From Blastocladiella emersonii ATCC 22665 (taxonomy: Eukaryota; Fungi; Blastocladiomycota): 64,000 bases of DNA. The DNA lies in assembly GCA_025594325.1 (NCBI GenBank), contig JANHCV010000008.1, positions 62,001 through 126,000 of the forward strand, in the 5' to 3' direction. The notes beneath the pieces were generated by a model, which saw only the letters and a list, made by a program, of their open reading frames with translations, made no database searches and was not told the origin of the DNA. Made by a program: the position numbers and the translations under genes. Positions 1-12,084 of the stretch are shown piece after piece. How positions within the stretch are numbered: the first letter of the stretch is position 1; each line of letters opens with the position of its first letter.

Positions 1-472
1 CCACCCATGCATGCATCACCCAAAATGAAACCAAACTTGACGCAACGAAATCAGAACAGCATGCAACAGACTCAGGATAACCCGGGACCTGGCTCCACGC
101 TCAATGTCACGGCCGCTTCGAGTCCATCGCGCCTCATCTTTCAGCGGGCTTCGGTGCCTCAGCATCCACAAACTCAATGGCATGGATCATGCTTCCGCTC
201 AGCAACTTTCCAAACACATGCCACCACTGCTTGAAGAGATCACGCTCCACTTAGGGCCCGTTTGGTTCCGGAGTGAATCAGGTGGATCAATCGATTTTAC
301 ACGGTCCGGTGTTCACCCAGCTGAAACGTGGCATTTTCACCCCGTCGCGTTCATCGCGGCGTTTGGTTCAACCCCCGGGTGAGCTGAATGGAACCCTCGT
401 CGCTGAATCGCCCGTCTGTTCGCCCCCGAAACCTTCAGGCTGTGCTCCCCGGCCTATATAAACGCCGTTTTC

Positions 473-852
473 CTTCGTGGGGCGGCTCGACCACCACCGG
501 CGAGTACTCGCACCTCGAGCAGGACGGCAAGGAGTCTGGTGACGTGGAAGGTGTTGATGGTCAAGACGACGCGGCCCCCGCCAGCAAGCGCAGCCGCACT
601 TCGGACAGCAGCTCGCGTCGCCTCTCGGACTCGGAATTCCTCATGGGCATCAAGGAGGTGTTCCAGAGCGTCGCGACCGCCGACTCCAAGCCCGCTCTGA
701 CCGCCGCACTTGAATGGGTCCAGGACGCGTACAACGACAATGAAGAGTACCAGATCGACGTCGCCACCCGCCTGACCGAGGATCAAGCGCTTCGCGTCAT
801 GGCCGTGTCCGAATCGAAGCGCAAGCGCGTCCTCGAGTTTTTCATTCAGTAG
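473..852 (+). pseudogene. 3' remnant of the Harbinger Myb/SANT-like accessory gene
   Basis: Matches the last exon of the copy-2 accessory gene (61044..61424). About 0.8 kb, including the ATG and first exons, is deleted just after the TATATAAA at about 455. Confidence 0.9.
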
Positions 853-1165
853 CTCTCTCGCACATGTCCCCCTCCCCTCGCGTTGCTTCCTGGCCTTGTT
901 CTCGCCCATTTGTGTCCAATACATCTGGCTTTGTGTCCATCGTATCTTCAATCGTTACCCTTGGCTCGAAAATGACGCGACTCGTTGAGAAACGCGTGGT
1001 TCGCAAAGTGTCTCACACGTCACGTGATTGATCGACGCGTCTCCACCGATGCATTCTGACCTCAGCGACGCGTCAAATCATCTAGAATCGCTTATATAAC
1101 ATTATAGTACTTGACAAATCAGTATATTACAGCATGCATGCGGGTACAACAATTATTTCGCGCCT

Positions 1166-2483
1166 TCAAAGACGGGTCCCACGAGCGGCCATGACGCGCC
1201 TGTACTCGGTCCAAAGAACATTTGCGACGCGGTTCCGAGGCGAGATACAGCGCTGACGAGCTCCGTCCAGCGAGGCCTCGAGGACAGCGGCCTCGTCGTC
1301 CTCCTCGTTCTCGTCGTCCAGGGGCTCGCGCCCACGCACTGGCGCCTCACGCGCCGCGTCCCGCGCGCGCCGGAGCTCCGTCTCGGCGTCGCGAAAGAAG
1401 GCGTCGCCGCCTTGGTTCCACTTGTTGATCATGTTGTGCAGCGTGCAGAGCGCGTACACAAGCTTGACTTGAGTCTTGATTGGGTAGGCCGCGCCAATCG
1501 AGAGGACGCGGAACCGCTTCTTGAGCACGCCAAAGATATGCTCAATGGAGTTGCGGAGCGACGCGTGACGCAGATTGAAAAGCTCTTCGCGGTTCTTAAC
1601 TCTACGTACGTTGGTGAAGCAGATGAGATGGCGCCAACGTGATGGTCATGGCAGTGAGAACGTACCCATCCTTGCCGCGCGCAAACTCGCGAAGATGATA
1701 GCGGGTACCGCTGAAGGGCACGATGATGGACGTGCGGTTTGCGTAGCCGCCGTCGGCGAGGTAGAAGCGGCCGGCGGGGATCTTGAACCCACGGGCGAAG
1801 GCGTCCGAGAGCACGCGCGAGTCGTGCGCCTTGCCCTCCCACCCTGCGAGAACGTAGGTGAAGTTCAAGTCAAAGTCGCAGGCAGCGAGGACATTTGAGG
1901 ATATGGTCCCCTTGCGGTTTCGGAACGAGTCGTGAAGCTTAGTGGGCACAACAAACGGGATGTGCGTTCCGTCAAGCGCGCCGACCGCGTTCTGGAACGG
2001 AGCGTATTTCGGGTCGTGGGCGATGCGCTCATGCACGGGCGTAGAATCGGACGGTTGGACAATGAACTCGGGCATCAGGCGGTACAGAGCGTCGAGCACT
2101 TGCTTCAGAACCCTGGACGCGGTCTCGCCAGAGATTTGGAACCGCTCCCTGAGGTTGCGGTTGGTGCTGCCCTCGCCGGCCATGACAAGAAAAACCATGA
2201 AGCGCGCCTCGACGGACAGCTCGCGGCCGTCGGCGAGAAGGCCACGGTCGCGGAACAGGCGGCAGATGGCCTTGAAGGTCTCGCGGGGCATACGGGCGAT
2301 TTCCGAAAAACGCGTTTCGCTGTTGCACGTCAGCAGCTCTTGAACCCACGACTCGCCAGAAAGCGTGGACGTGCGGATAGGCTCCCACGAGCGGCGCTCG
2401 TTGCGCGCAGCGAGACGTCGCAGGAGAGCGAGGGCGGCTGTGAGCATTAGGCCGCGCAGCTTGCGGTTGTATCCCTTGCCCAT
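1166..2483 (-). CDS. Harbinger DDE transposase (DDE_Tnp_4-like); exons 2483..1666 and 1601..1166; 417 aa
   Basis: Motifs GALDGTHIP, NRKG..S.NVLAACDF, GWEGKAHDSRV, YLADGGY and, after a 64-nt intron, FNLRHASLRNSIEHIFGVLKKRF. Confidence 0.95.
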
Positions 2484-3002
2484 GTTGTTTGAGGGCTCGA
2501 GAACACGATGCGTGAGGTTAGGTGTTGATTCGTTGCAATAAGTGCGGCTGCAAAGAGGTGGGAAAGATTTTATTGCGGGGGGGGGGTCATCCAGCGGGGC
2601 GTTTGGTTCGCACGGCCGCTGAGATGAACGGGGGTGAGGTGAAACGTGGCAACTTTTTCAGCTGATCCACCTGACCTGAACCAAACGGGCCCTTTGTGGG
2701 CATGGACGCTGCAGACGTCGCTGTCATCGTGGACGCACTCCCGCAAACTCTTTGGTGCTTCGTCGTGTTAGTTATTCGCATCTCAAAAGCCGCGGTGTTC
2801 GACGCGCTGATTGCTCGAGGGCTGGAGAACCTGTCGTATGTGAGCGTCCCGCACACTCTTGCCGCTAACGGTTTGGTTGACGGTTCCCACGCTGCAGCTC
2901 TTCGCAGACGGGACCCGAACTGTAAGATTGCTTGATTTGTGCGGAGAGAGGGGAAAGCAAGTAATCATGATTCTATTCACGCGCGACGCGCCATGAGGCC
3001 GC

Positions 3003-4689
3003 TCAAGTAACAAAGGTGCACTCAGGGAACTTGGCGCGAAACGCGTCGCACGCTGACACCGCCAAATTCCGACCCGTCAGGTCGAGCTGCTTGAGGTAAT
3101 CGAGATCCATGCGGAGAATCGTGGTGAGTGTTGCTTCGGTAATCTGGTTGTACTGAAGCCCAAGTAACCGAACCGCAGGTGGTAGTCGTGCGAACAGAAC
3201 AATGGCCGCTGAATCATCGATCTGGCACGCATTGAGAGTGAGGTCCGAAAGCGTCGGCGGGAGATGGCCACCGAGAAGCACAGCATCCGGTGCGGAAATG
3301 GGCATTCCGCGGAGCGAAAGCTGGTTGAGCTGCGGCGGAAGATGCGGCGCTAGGTGCTGAATGGCGTTAGCGCGAAAGAAGTTGGAGTAGAGGTGAAGCG
3401 ATTGAAGCGAGTCAGGGAGAGCAGGAGCCAATTCGTCAATGGCATGGTCATCAATGTAGTCTCCCTTAATGTCGACCTTAATGAGCCCCGGCGGGAAGTT
3501 GGCTGCGAGGACCGCAGCGGAGTCCGAGTCGATGTAATCCAGGTCCAATATGAGCTCCCGCAGGCTCGACGGGAAAGCGGTTCAAAGAACGCGCGCAACG
3601 GGATCGTCAAGGTGTCCGTGGACGCGGAACTTGGCGAGAGACTGAGGCATGTGCTCTGCAATAGCAATCGCGGCCTCCACGCTCCATGCTGCGTCCACAA
3701 TCTCGAGAGAAGAGAGGGACCCGGGAAACCCGTGTGCGAGATCGACCAGCGCTTCCAAGGGCAAAGGGTTGTAGTACGAGAGAATGCACAGCTCCCAAAG
3801 CGAGGCGGGGAGAAATCGGAGGAAGCGCGAGAAGCCCGGCTCGCCGCACATGTCGACGGGAAGCACAAGCTGCACAATCGAGTCGGGAAGCCACGGGCCC
3901 GTGACGCTCGCCGTCGAGTGCGGGATCCAGGTGCCGGCGAGATTGAGCGACGTCAGCGTGCTCGGGAGATGCATGGCAGCGAGCACAGGAATCGGTATGG
4001 CCGAGTCGGTGAAGGAGGCTGATGTCACGGCCTGGTCTGGGCTGGCAAACGCGTCGCGGAGTCGAGCAGCGCCCCACTCGGTCACACGCATCAGCTTCAT
4101 GTCGAGGTGCGTGACCTTACCCGCCGCAATGTCAGGCGCGAGCCGGGCCGCAACCACATCTCCTGCAGGACGGCCCTTGAGCTCGTCATCCTTGGAAAGA
4201 AGTAGCTGCGGTCAATAGCGAACCTGCTAAGTGGTAGCACGGAGTACGTACAGGTTCGAGAGCGGCCTGGTCGCGCGCGTACCAGTTGGGCAGCAGGTCC
4301 ATGAACACGTTTAGCTCCGGGTAAGCGAGCTGCCCAAGCGAGGCCAGCGCGTTGGTTCCCGGAAGGCCAGTGTCACGCCACCACTCGAGAACGCCAATTT
4401 CATGCTCCTCGTATGCCACGTTGAGCAACTTAGGAGCGTCAGCGACGAGCGGACGGCCCGACTCCTTCCAAAGGCGGAGAACTGGCATCAGGCCGTGCAG
4501 GCTGGCCCACTCCAAAGCACCTGGCACGAGGACACGCCCAGCAACGGCGCGAAAGACGGCAGGCGCGACGGCGCGCGGGAAGACGCGCGTGTAGTGGGCG
4601 AGCGCGTCCAATTTGGTCCGATCCGTTGCCCACACGGCGTATACGAGGGCTCGCTCAAAAAGCAAGTTGATGTTGATGTTGTGCTGCAT
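3003..4689 (-). pseudogene. Ankyrin-like + LRR family gene with one in-frame TGA (3582..3584); exons 4689..4252 and 4205..3003
   Basis: 46-nt GTACGT..CAG intron. The frame runs continuously as ARVL*TAFPSSLRELILDLDY. About 9 LP.SL..L.L repeats. N-terminus has WASLHG...VLRLWKESG...VLEWWRDTG helical repeats. Confidence 0.8.
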
Positions 4690-5000
4690 GACAGGGTGAT
4701 TTATTACATGAGCTTGCGTTGATCATGTGGGGAGAGAGGACCGCGCACGGGAAGCGCGCCGACTTGACGCCGCCGGCCTCGCAGTCTCCCACCTGTCACC
4801 AACCTGGCTCAAGCGCCAATGGTTTTGGACCAGACGTCCGTGCCACTCTATGCAACTCTTTTGCGCAGAGTGAAAGGGCTCGAGGACGAGGTGAGGGTGC
4901 CGAATTTGCGAAAGGGGAGGGTCAAGTCGGAGCGCGGCCCCGCGCGCGGTCCTCGCTCTCCCACCGCCCTTCAAGCAACGCATCAACTCAACCACTTACC

Positions 5001-5674
5001 ATGTCACTCGCGTTCCCCGTCTCGACAAAACGCACACCAGCGGGTGCCGGGCGGATGGGCGGGCGGCCCGGCGGCCTCGCGCGCGCGGCGGCGGCGGTGC
5101 CGCCCGAGCTGACGGACGACCAGAAGCACGAGGTGCGCGAGGCCTTCGACCTGTTCGACAGCGACAAGGACGGGCGGCTCGACTACCACGAGGTCAAGGT
5201 GGCGATGCGCGCGCTCGGGATCGAGGCCAAGAAGGCCGAGGTGCTCAAGTGGCTCAAGGACTACGACAAGTCGGGCCGCCAGGTGCTCGAGTTTGACGAC
5301 TTTATGCGCATCGGTACGGTGGGTCGCCTCGCTGGTCGCTAACCAGGTTGACTGACCTGTCGGACGAGCAGTGGCCGAGAAGATCCTCGCGCGCGACCCG
5401 ATCGACGAGCTGCGCAAGGCCTTCACGCTGTTTGACACGGACAAGAAGGGCAAGATCTCGCTGCGCGACCTGCGGCGCGTGGCCAAGGAGGTCGGCGAGA
5501 CGCTCGACGACGACGAGCTCGCCGCCATGATCGAGGAGTTTGACGTCAACGGCGACGGGGAGAGTGCGTTCACACGACGCGATGCCGCTCCCGTCCGACC
5601 CACTGACGCGCGCCGTGACCCCGTCTGTAGTCGACGAGCAAGAGTTTCTGAGCATCATGACGGACGACTACTGA
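5001..5674 (+). CDS. CDC31: Centrin-3/Cdc31 EF-hand protein; exons 5001..5313, 5372..5563, 5631..5674; 182 aa
   Basis: [23 protein letters not shown]...LKVAMRALG-like, [11 protein letters not shown]...[22 protein letters not shown], and C-terminus FLSIMTDDY. Canonical introns keep the frame. Confidence 0.93.
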
Positions 5675-5886
5675 CGACGCAAACACCAATGTATATCTGC
5701 TTTGCCCTTGCACATGGGAAACGCGTGGGAGGACGCGCCGACAGGGGTGGCAGGCGGGACAGCTGATGCGAAACGACCACCGCGTCGATCGCGGCCGAAG
5801 CGAGCGACTTCGCACCGAACGGCCCCCCGCCGTTCCCCCTCCCTAGCGACCCTCGCCCCACACCCGCTGCAACGAATCAAACCACC

Positions 5887-8800
5887 ATGGCAGACCTCGC
5901 GTCGGACCCGCGCTCGCAGCAGGTCGCCCTTGCACTGCAGCGCACGCTCGACCCGGCGCTGCAGCGGCAGGCGACCAAGGACCTCGAGTCCATTGAGGCG
6001 ACGCCCGGCTTCGCGCAGCTGCTGCTCCAGCTCATCGCGAGCGACGCCGTCGACGCCCACGTCCGCTTCGCCGGCGTCGTCTTCTTCAAGAACTTTGTCA
6101 AGCGCAACTGGGAGCTGATTGACGGCGAGACCAACAAGATCTCGCCCGCCGACCGCGCCGTCGTCAAGTCCGTCCTCGTCGACCTCATGATCGCCGTCCC
6201 CACCAAGCTCCAGCTGCAGCTGTCCGACGCCGTCGGCATCATCGCCGTGCACGACTTTCCCGCCTCGTGGGACACGCTCATTGACGTGCGTTGCACTCTT
6301 CTTGAGCGTTGCACGATCGCATACTCACCCGCTCTCGCAACTCGTAGCAACTCGTCGGCAAGCTGACACCCGAAAATTTTGCCATCAACAACGGCGTTCT
6401 GCAGACCGCGCACCCGATCCTCAAGCGGTACGCCCCGCCGCCCATCTTCCGCGACACCACACCCACTAACGCAAACCCCCGCTCGTAGGTGGCGCTTCAA
6501 GTACCGCTCCGACGCCCTCTTCACCGAAATCAACTTTGTCATTGAGCGGTTCGGCCCCGCCTACAAGGCGCTCTTCGAGGCCACCGACGCGCGGCTAACC
6601 GACGCCCTCGCTCGCAACGACAAGTCCGCCGCCGAAATGTACGCGACGACGCTGCTGCTGCTCGCCAAGATCTTCTTCTCGTTCAACGTGCAAGACCTGC
6701 CCGCCTTCTTCGAGGAGCACCAGGCCGCCTTCTTCCCTGTCTTCCTCAAGTACCTGCGCCCGAACCTGTCGCCGCTGCTCGACGGCGACTCGGACGACGA
6801 GGCCTCGACCTTTGACCGGTTCCAGACCGTCGTGTGCGAGATCGCCGCCATGTACGCCGAAAAGTACGCCGAGGACTGGCTCTACCTCGGCCAGTTTGTC
6901 GACGCCACCTGGCACCTGCTCACCCAGACGTCCATGGCCCCGCGCCACGACATGCTCGTCGCCCGCGCCATGGCTCTGCTGACGTCGGTCGTCCGCCGGC
7001 CCTCGAACCGCGCCAGCTTCGAGAGCCCCGACACGCTCAGCGCCATCGTCAACCAGATCGTCGTGCCCAACCTCACCCTGCGCGACTCGGACGAGGAGAT
7101 GTTCGAGGACGAGCCCGTCGAGTTTGTGCGCCGCGACCTCGACGGGTCCGACGCCGACACGCGCCGGCGGTCCGCCGCCGACCTCGTCAAGGGCCTGCTC
7201 GAGCAGTTCCAGGAGCAGGTCACGGCGCTGTGCACGGCGTGGATCCAGGAGTCCATGGCGCAGGCCGCGACCAACGTGCGCGCCAAGGACGCGGCCGTGG
7301 CGCTCTTCATGGCCGTGGCGTCCAAGTCGTGCGTGACATCGGCCGGCATCACGTCGTCGCACGTCGACGTCGTCAGCTTCTTCAACACGTACCTCCTCGC
7401 CGACCTGCAGCACGACCACGGCCTGCTCACCGTCGACTCACTGCGGTTCATCCACATGTTCCGCCAGCAGCTCACCAAGGAACAGCACTCGCAGGCCATG
7501 CCGCTCATCGCCCGCCACCTCGCCAGCCCCGCCTACCCGGTCTACACGTGGGCCGCCGTCGTCCTCGACGTGCAGCTGACGCAGATCTTCAAGGCCGCGG
7601 CGTCGGGCGCCGGCAGCGAGGTCGGCGCCGCGCTGCTCGCCGACGTTGGGGCCCGGCTCGGCGCCGTGATCCTGCGCGAGCAGACCGCGGCCAAGGTGCA
7701 GGAGAACGACGCGGTGATGCGCGCGCTGTTCCGGTGCGTGTCGCACGGGTACGCGGACGCGCAGGCGGTGCTCAACGCGGTGGCGCACGCGCTGCAGCTC
7801 ACGGTCGCCAACCCGTCCAACCCCAAGTTCTCGCACTACACGTTCGAGTGCGTGTCGATGCTGGTGCGCGCCGTGTGCGCGCGCGAGCCCGCGCAGGTCG
7901 AGGCGTTCGAGCAGCTCCTGTTCCCAATCTTCACCCACATCCTGCAGTCGGACGTGGCCGAGTTCATGCCGTACGTGTTCCAGGTCATGGCGCAGATGCT
8001 GCACTGTCACCCGGCCGACCCCTCGGCGCTCCCGCCGGCCTACGACGCCATGCTCCCGCCGCTGCTCCAGCCCATGCTGTGGGAGTCGCACGGCAACGTG
8101 CCCGCGCTCGTTGCGCTCGTCCAGGCGTACCTCGCCAAGGCGGCGCCGCTCCTCGCCGCGCGCAACCAGCTCTCGCCCGTGCTCGGCATCGTCCAGAAGC
8201 TCATCGCGTCGCGCGCCAACGATGCGTACGGGTTCGAGCTCCTTATGGCCGTCGTCTACTACGTGCCGCCCGCGGCGCTCGCCCCGTTCCGCAAGCCCCT
8301 GCTCACCGCGGTCCTCACGCGGCTGTCGTCGGCCACGGGCACCGCCGGCGCCAAGCAAAAGTACACCAACGGGTTCATCCACTTCGTGTCCTTCTACCTC
8401 GCCGCCGCCAAGCCCGCCGGGCCCGACGACGCCATCGCCGCCTTCAACGAGGTCCAGCCGGGCCTCTTCGACCAGCTCGCCCTGCACGTCATCATCCCGG
8501 CGCTCCCGCACTACCACGGCCGCACGCAGCGCCGCGCCTTCACGCTCGGGTGGACGCGCGCGCTCGTCGAGGCCCGCACCCTGACCCCCGCCGTCGCCAC
8601 GGCCGTCCTCCGCGAGCTCGTCCCCTTCACCGTGCACGTCGCGGGCGACGCGACCCTCGCTCCGGCGACGGGCCCCGCGGGCGCCGCGGACCTCGACGAG
8701 CTCGCGTACTCGGCCGGGTTCGTCAAGCTCGCTGCCGCTGGGTCCCACCAGATCGACCCGCTGCCGACTGCCGCGGGCGCCGCGGGGCCCGCGTACCTCG

Positions 8801-8901
8801 CGTCCCGCTGGACCGAGATCTGCAATGTCCGGCCGAACGAGGTCGCCGCGGTCCAGGGCGATATTGCGACCGCGCTCGGCGAGCTCCAGACGCTCGTCTA
8901 G
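5887..8901 (+). CDS. CSE1: Exportin-2 / Cse1 (importin-alpha export receptor); exons 5887..6285, 6348..6427, 6489..8901; about 963 aa
   Basis: Importin-beta N-terminal domain (FFKNFVKRNW), KRWRFKYRSDALFTEINFV, FEDEPVEFVRRDLDGSDADTRRR, NPSNPKFSHYTFE, DVAEFMPYVFQ. Confidence 0.95.
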
Positions 8902-9644
8902 GCGGGCGGAAAGTGGAGGGTTGGTGGTGATGAGGTGGTGTATACAAAGTGTTCTTTTTTTTTTTTCGTCGCTCGAGGCCGAGCTGAGGGACTCGCGAGT
9001 CGCGAGTCGCGAGGAGAAGGTCGGGGTCAAGTTGGAGTCAGAGCGGAAAGCTTCTCTCCCGCGACCCGAGCCGTTGACATGTATCTGCGGAATGAAGCGC
9101 CTTTGAACACGCTGCAAATGGACCTTGACTAGATTGCGGACACGGTCGTGAGAGGCCTCAGGGCTCGTCGCTGGCGTGCGCTCTCGCCGCCAACAGCGTA
9201 GTCGCAACCGTGGGTCGTTGAGGAGACCTTTTGATAGCGAGAAGGCTCGGGCAAGAGGCCGCGTTCGAAAGGCCAAAGGCGCCCAGGGAATCGAACGAAA
9301 CAGCACCGACGTCCTCGGTTCCTGAGTATCAGGGGTACTTGGACGCGGCGCTGGCGTAACTAGTAGCGCAACGCGAAAATCAACTCCGCCGCAGCTCCAC
9401 GCACCGCCAGCGGCTCTGCTAGACTAAGACGTCGTGACACACGCACGTTCGCACGTGCCGCGGTGACATCGGGAGCGCGAGACAGGGGGTGAGACGCGCC
9501 GCGAAATCATGTGATGACGTCTGAGGGGGGCTTGCTCTGCCATCAGCTCAGCCATCAGCCCAGCCGTCATTCACGACCGCCGAGGAGCACCCGCTCGCTC
9601 TCCGCTGCTTCGCTAAAATGTCTACGAATGAAACGGGAGACTTT

Positions 9645-10380
9645 ATGCAACCTCGAGCGGGGCCGGTGCTCACTCCTTTCCACCGGTTGAGCGTCGCCCA
9701 TGTCATCGAGGACATCTTTGTCCGCGCCGTCCTCGCGACGGACCCCAAAGATTTCGAGGCTCGCGCTCATTACGCGCCGTCACCAGGGTTATGAAGCCCT
9801 CGTTCGACACTTTCCGCATCAGCTCAGCATTCTCGACCTCTCCACCACGGAAATTGAGCCCCGCACGATTGAAATTATTGCGCCCGCTCTGCCACTGACA
9901 CTTACTGACCTTGACATTGGTGGTAATTCGATTGGGAACAAGGGAGCCGTCTTGCTTTCAGAGCACCTCCCGCGCCAGCTTATCGAGCTTGACCTAAAGA
10001 ATGTAGGCTTAGAAATCGAGCAGCAGGGCAAATATTTGGCGACGCTGGCCAACAACTTGCCCCCGACTTTGTTCTACCTCGACTTGAATGACAATGACAA
10101 GCTCTCAGACTCGGGCATCCTCACGATTGCCAAACATCTGCCCGGATCGCTCGAGACTCTTGAGCTTGCGAACACGGGCATAACGGCGTCAAGCCTCGTT
10201 GGCCTCGCGCAACTCGATCAACTGAAGAAGTCCGCCTCGACGCCGATCTTCTTGACCCAAACGATGTGGAGGTGGCCGCCCTTCGCGAAGAGTTCAAGGC
10301 GCACCACCCGCAGTGCGCGCTGCTGCCCCCCAAGGCGCGTCGGCCCGCGAGCGCGGTGCATCATCAACTCTGAGAGCTGA
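9645..10380 (+). pseudogene. LRR-family pseudogene (large internal deletion plus frameshift)
   Basis: ATG 9645 gives MQPRAG...VAHVIEDIFVRAVLATDPKDFEARAHYA, the family N-terminal motif. It is joined out of frame to C-terminal LRRs, with a second shift near 10228 (VRLDADLLDPND...FKAHHPQC is in another frame). Confidence 0.75.
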
Positions 10381-10521
10381 GCGCTCAAGCTCCGTGTGTT
10401 GCCCCTCGTCCCGAGCCAGTGTCAAATGTATTGTTTTCTATTCAATCTCATGATCGAGCGAATAATGCAAAGGCCAGTCGCACACGAACGGCACCGGCGT
10501 TTCCGGGGTCTGGGCTTGGGC

Positions 10522-10558
10522 GACGCGTTCCGATATCACGTGTGCGGTGCGGGACGCG
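10522..10558 (+). promoter_or_regulatory. Conserved upstream module of group-A 7TM genes (also at 11963..12003, and reverse at 55741..55772)
   Basis: GACGCGTTCCGATATCACGTG-N4-GTGCGRGAC-like element about 75-160 nt upstream of the ATG. Confidence 0.55.
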
Positions 10559-10633
10559 TTTCGCTGAAACTCGATCCATCCGTCGATGACCCGTACCGCA
10601 AGCACGGCTCATGTAATCACACGAAACAACTCC

Positions 10634-11758
10634 ATGCAAACGAGCTATACCGTACCGGCGGGCGAAATCCCGCTCTTCGTCGGGGTCACCATCGCGACGG
10701 CCGTCTTGTGCATCGTTTGCTTTCTGATCAGCGGCGCGGAAATCGCGGTTCAGCTCAGCAAACAATGGATTCACAGCAGCGGCCTCGTCGCCTCTACCGG
10801 CGGGACCCTGCCTCGCTCGTCGCATCGGCGCTCATGTCGGGACTTTGATTACGTGCCGTATTTGATGATGATCACGACGATCACGACTGGGGCCTTGATC
10901 TTCATCAACGTCCACGCCATCGCCAGTCCCGAGTTCCCCCGCGTCAACAATTTCTATCCGATTCAAACCAGCTCTGGTCTCGTTCAGTCCTCATTCATTG
11001 GAGCGACCTCCAACTTGATCATGGTCCGCCGCGTCAAGTCAGTCTGCATCAAACGGACGCGCTTGACACGCGCACTCGCTCCCATTACGGTCGTCATGGC
11101 GGCGATCATGATTGCCGTCAACCTCGTCATCGGCTACCTGCACGCTGAGCAGGTCATGAGCGAAGGCGGCAACTGGTCGACGTTCGAGATCCGGCCCATC
11201 TTGCTGATCCTCAACTCGGTCCAGGCGCTGTGGGGCATCATCTGCACCATCTACGCGTACCGGTCCGCCTTCTCGAACACGTCTCACGCGCGCGTGACGG
11301 GATCGGTCGCCAATCTCAGCACCGCCGCGCGCACCGGGCCGCCCCTGTCGAGCAACTCGTCGGGTTCACACGCCCACGAAGTGATGTCGAGCCGCTCGGG
11401 TCAGCACCAGCACCTCCTCGCATCGGTCCAGCAGACGTACTTGGTCCTCACGATTTCGTACGCAGTCGGCTGGGCCGCGTCGCTGACCTTCTTGGGGACC
11501 TCGGGCGCGTTCATGAGCGTCGGCCCGCGCTGGACCCTTGCGTCGATGTTTGCGTGCGCCGGGATCCTCCAAGAGACGCAGTTCCGGCGCATCGTGCGGT
11601 CGCGCGTCAACAAGGGCAAGCAGCTCGATAAGCGAGCCGTCATGCACTTTGACGACACCATGGCGACGGCGACTGTGGCGGGGACCACAGCGGCATCCGA
11701 GCTTGGAGCATCGACGCATATTGAAAGTTCTGAAGCTGTTGTATACAAAGAACCCTGA
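10634..11758 (+). CDS. 7TM GPCR-like membrane protein, group A
   Basis: Intronless, seven hydrophobic segments. Motifs Y.VP..EIPL, FDYVP, RRVK.VCIKRT, AY.SAF, ETQFRRIVRSR, RAVMHFDD. Confidence 0.8.
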   Translation: MQTSYTVPAGEIPLFVGVTIATAVLCIVCFLISGAEIAVQLSKQWIHSSGLVASTGGTLPRSSHRRSCRDFDYVPYLMMITTITTGALIFINVHAIASPEFPRVNNFYPIQTSSGLVQSSFIGATSNLIMVRRVKSVCIKRTRLTRALAPITVVMAAIMIAVNLVIGYLHAEQVMSEGGNWSTFEIRPILLILNSVQALWGIICTIYAYRSAFSNTSHARVTGSVANLSTAARTGPPLSSNSSGSHAHEVMSSRSGQHQHLLASVQQTYLVLTISYAVGWAASLTFLGTSGAFMSVGPRWTLASMFACAGILQETQFRRIVRSRVNKGKQLDKRAVMHFDDTMATATVAGTTAASELGASTHIESSEAVVYKEP

Positions 11759-12084
11759 TTGGTTGCGTTGAGCTTTGAAACCCTGCCTCAAGGTGACTGA
11801 GTAGCCCTGACGCACATATCCGTGGACCGCAAGGCTGAAATGAAATCTCAACCTGGACCGCGGGAAACTGAGCGGTAGATGTGAAAGGTGTCAGTTCAGC
11901 CCTGTGTCTTCACGTCGCGTGGCACTCTCCGGAGAAAATGGTGGGAGACAGCTCGGCCCGGTTGCGAGACGCGTTCCGATATCACGTGGAGTGAGGAGAC
12001 ACGCAAAATTGTAGTGAGTCTGGTGGTCGTTTTCCCTCCTCTACCTACGAAAATCATGAAAAGCCAGACGCAATACTCCATGCA

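Larger units (their letters stand above)
254..2692 (-). mobile_element. PIF/Harbinger DNA transposon, copy 1 (internally deleted, non-autonomous)
   Basis: Perfect 15-bp TIR GGGCCCGTTTGGTTC at 254 and its reverse complement ending at 2692. Flanks are TTA and TTT. Carries a Harbinger transposase. Near-identical, inverted copy at 59205..62443. Confidence 0.95.
104..2935 (+). pseudogene. LRR-family (RNI-like) gene, 3' part, split by Harbinger copy 1: fragments 104..253 and 2693..2935
   Basis: Left flank reads LRCLSIHKLNGMDHASAQQLSKHMPPLLEEITLHL and right flank reads FVGMDAADVAVIVDALPQTL...RRRDPNCKIA*. Both match the LP.SL..L.L repeats and C-terminus of the window's other LRR genes, and they are in frame once the element is removed. 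Confidence 0.7.

Noticed and set aside
5001-8901. Functional linkage of adjacent CDC31 and CSE1 (both tied to nuclear export)
   Set aside because: Adjacency in a compact genome is not evidence, and no shared element was seen.
9270-9300. GTTCGATTCC (tRNA T-loop / Pol III B-box-like) on the minus strand
   Set aside because: I could not form a T-stem, acceptor stem or A-box.
6834-9306. Long overlapping ORFs (6834..8930 +, 7438..9306 -, and similar ones over the 7TM, CE4 and PhoD genes)
   Set aside because: These are Arg/Ala/Gly-rich shadow frames expected from high GC3 codon usage over real genes, with no independent motifs.
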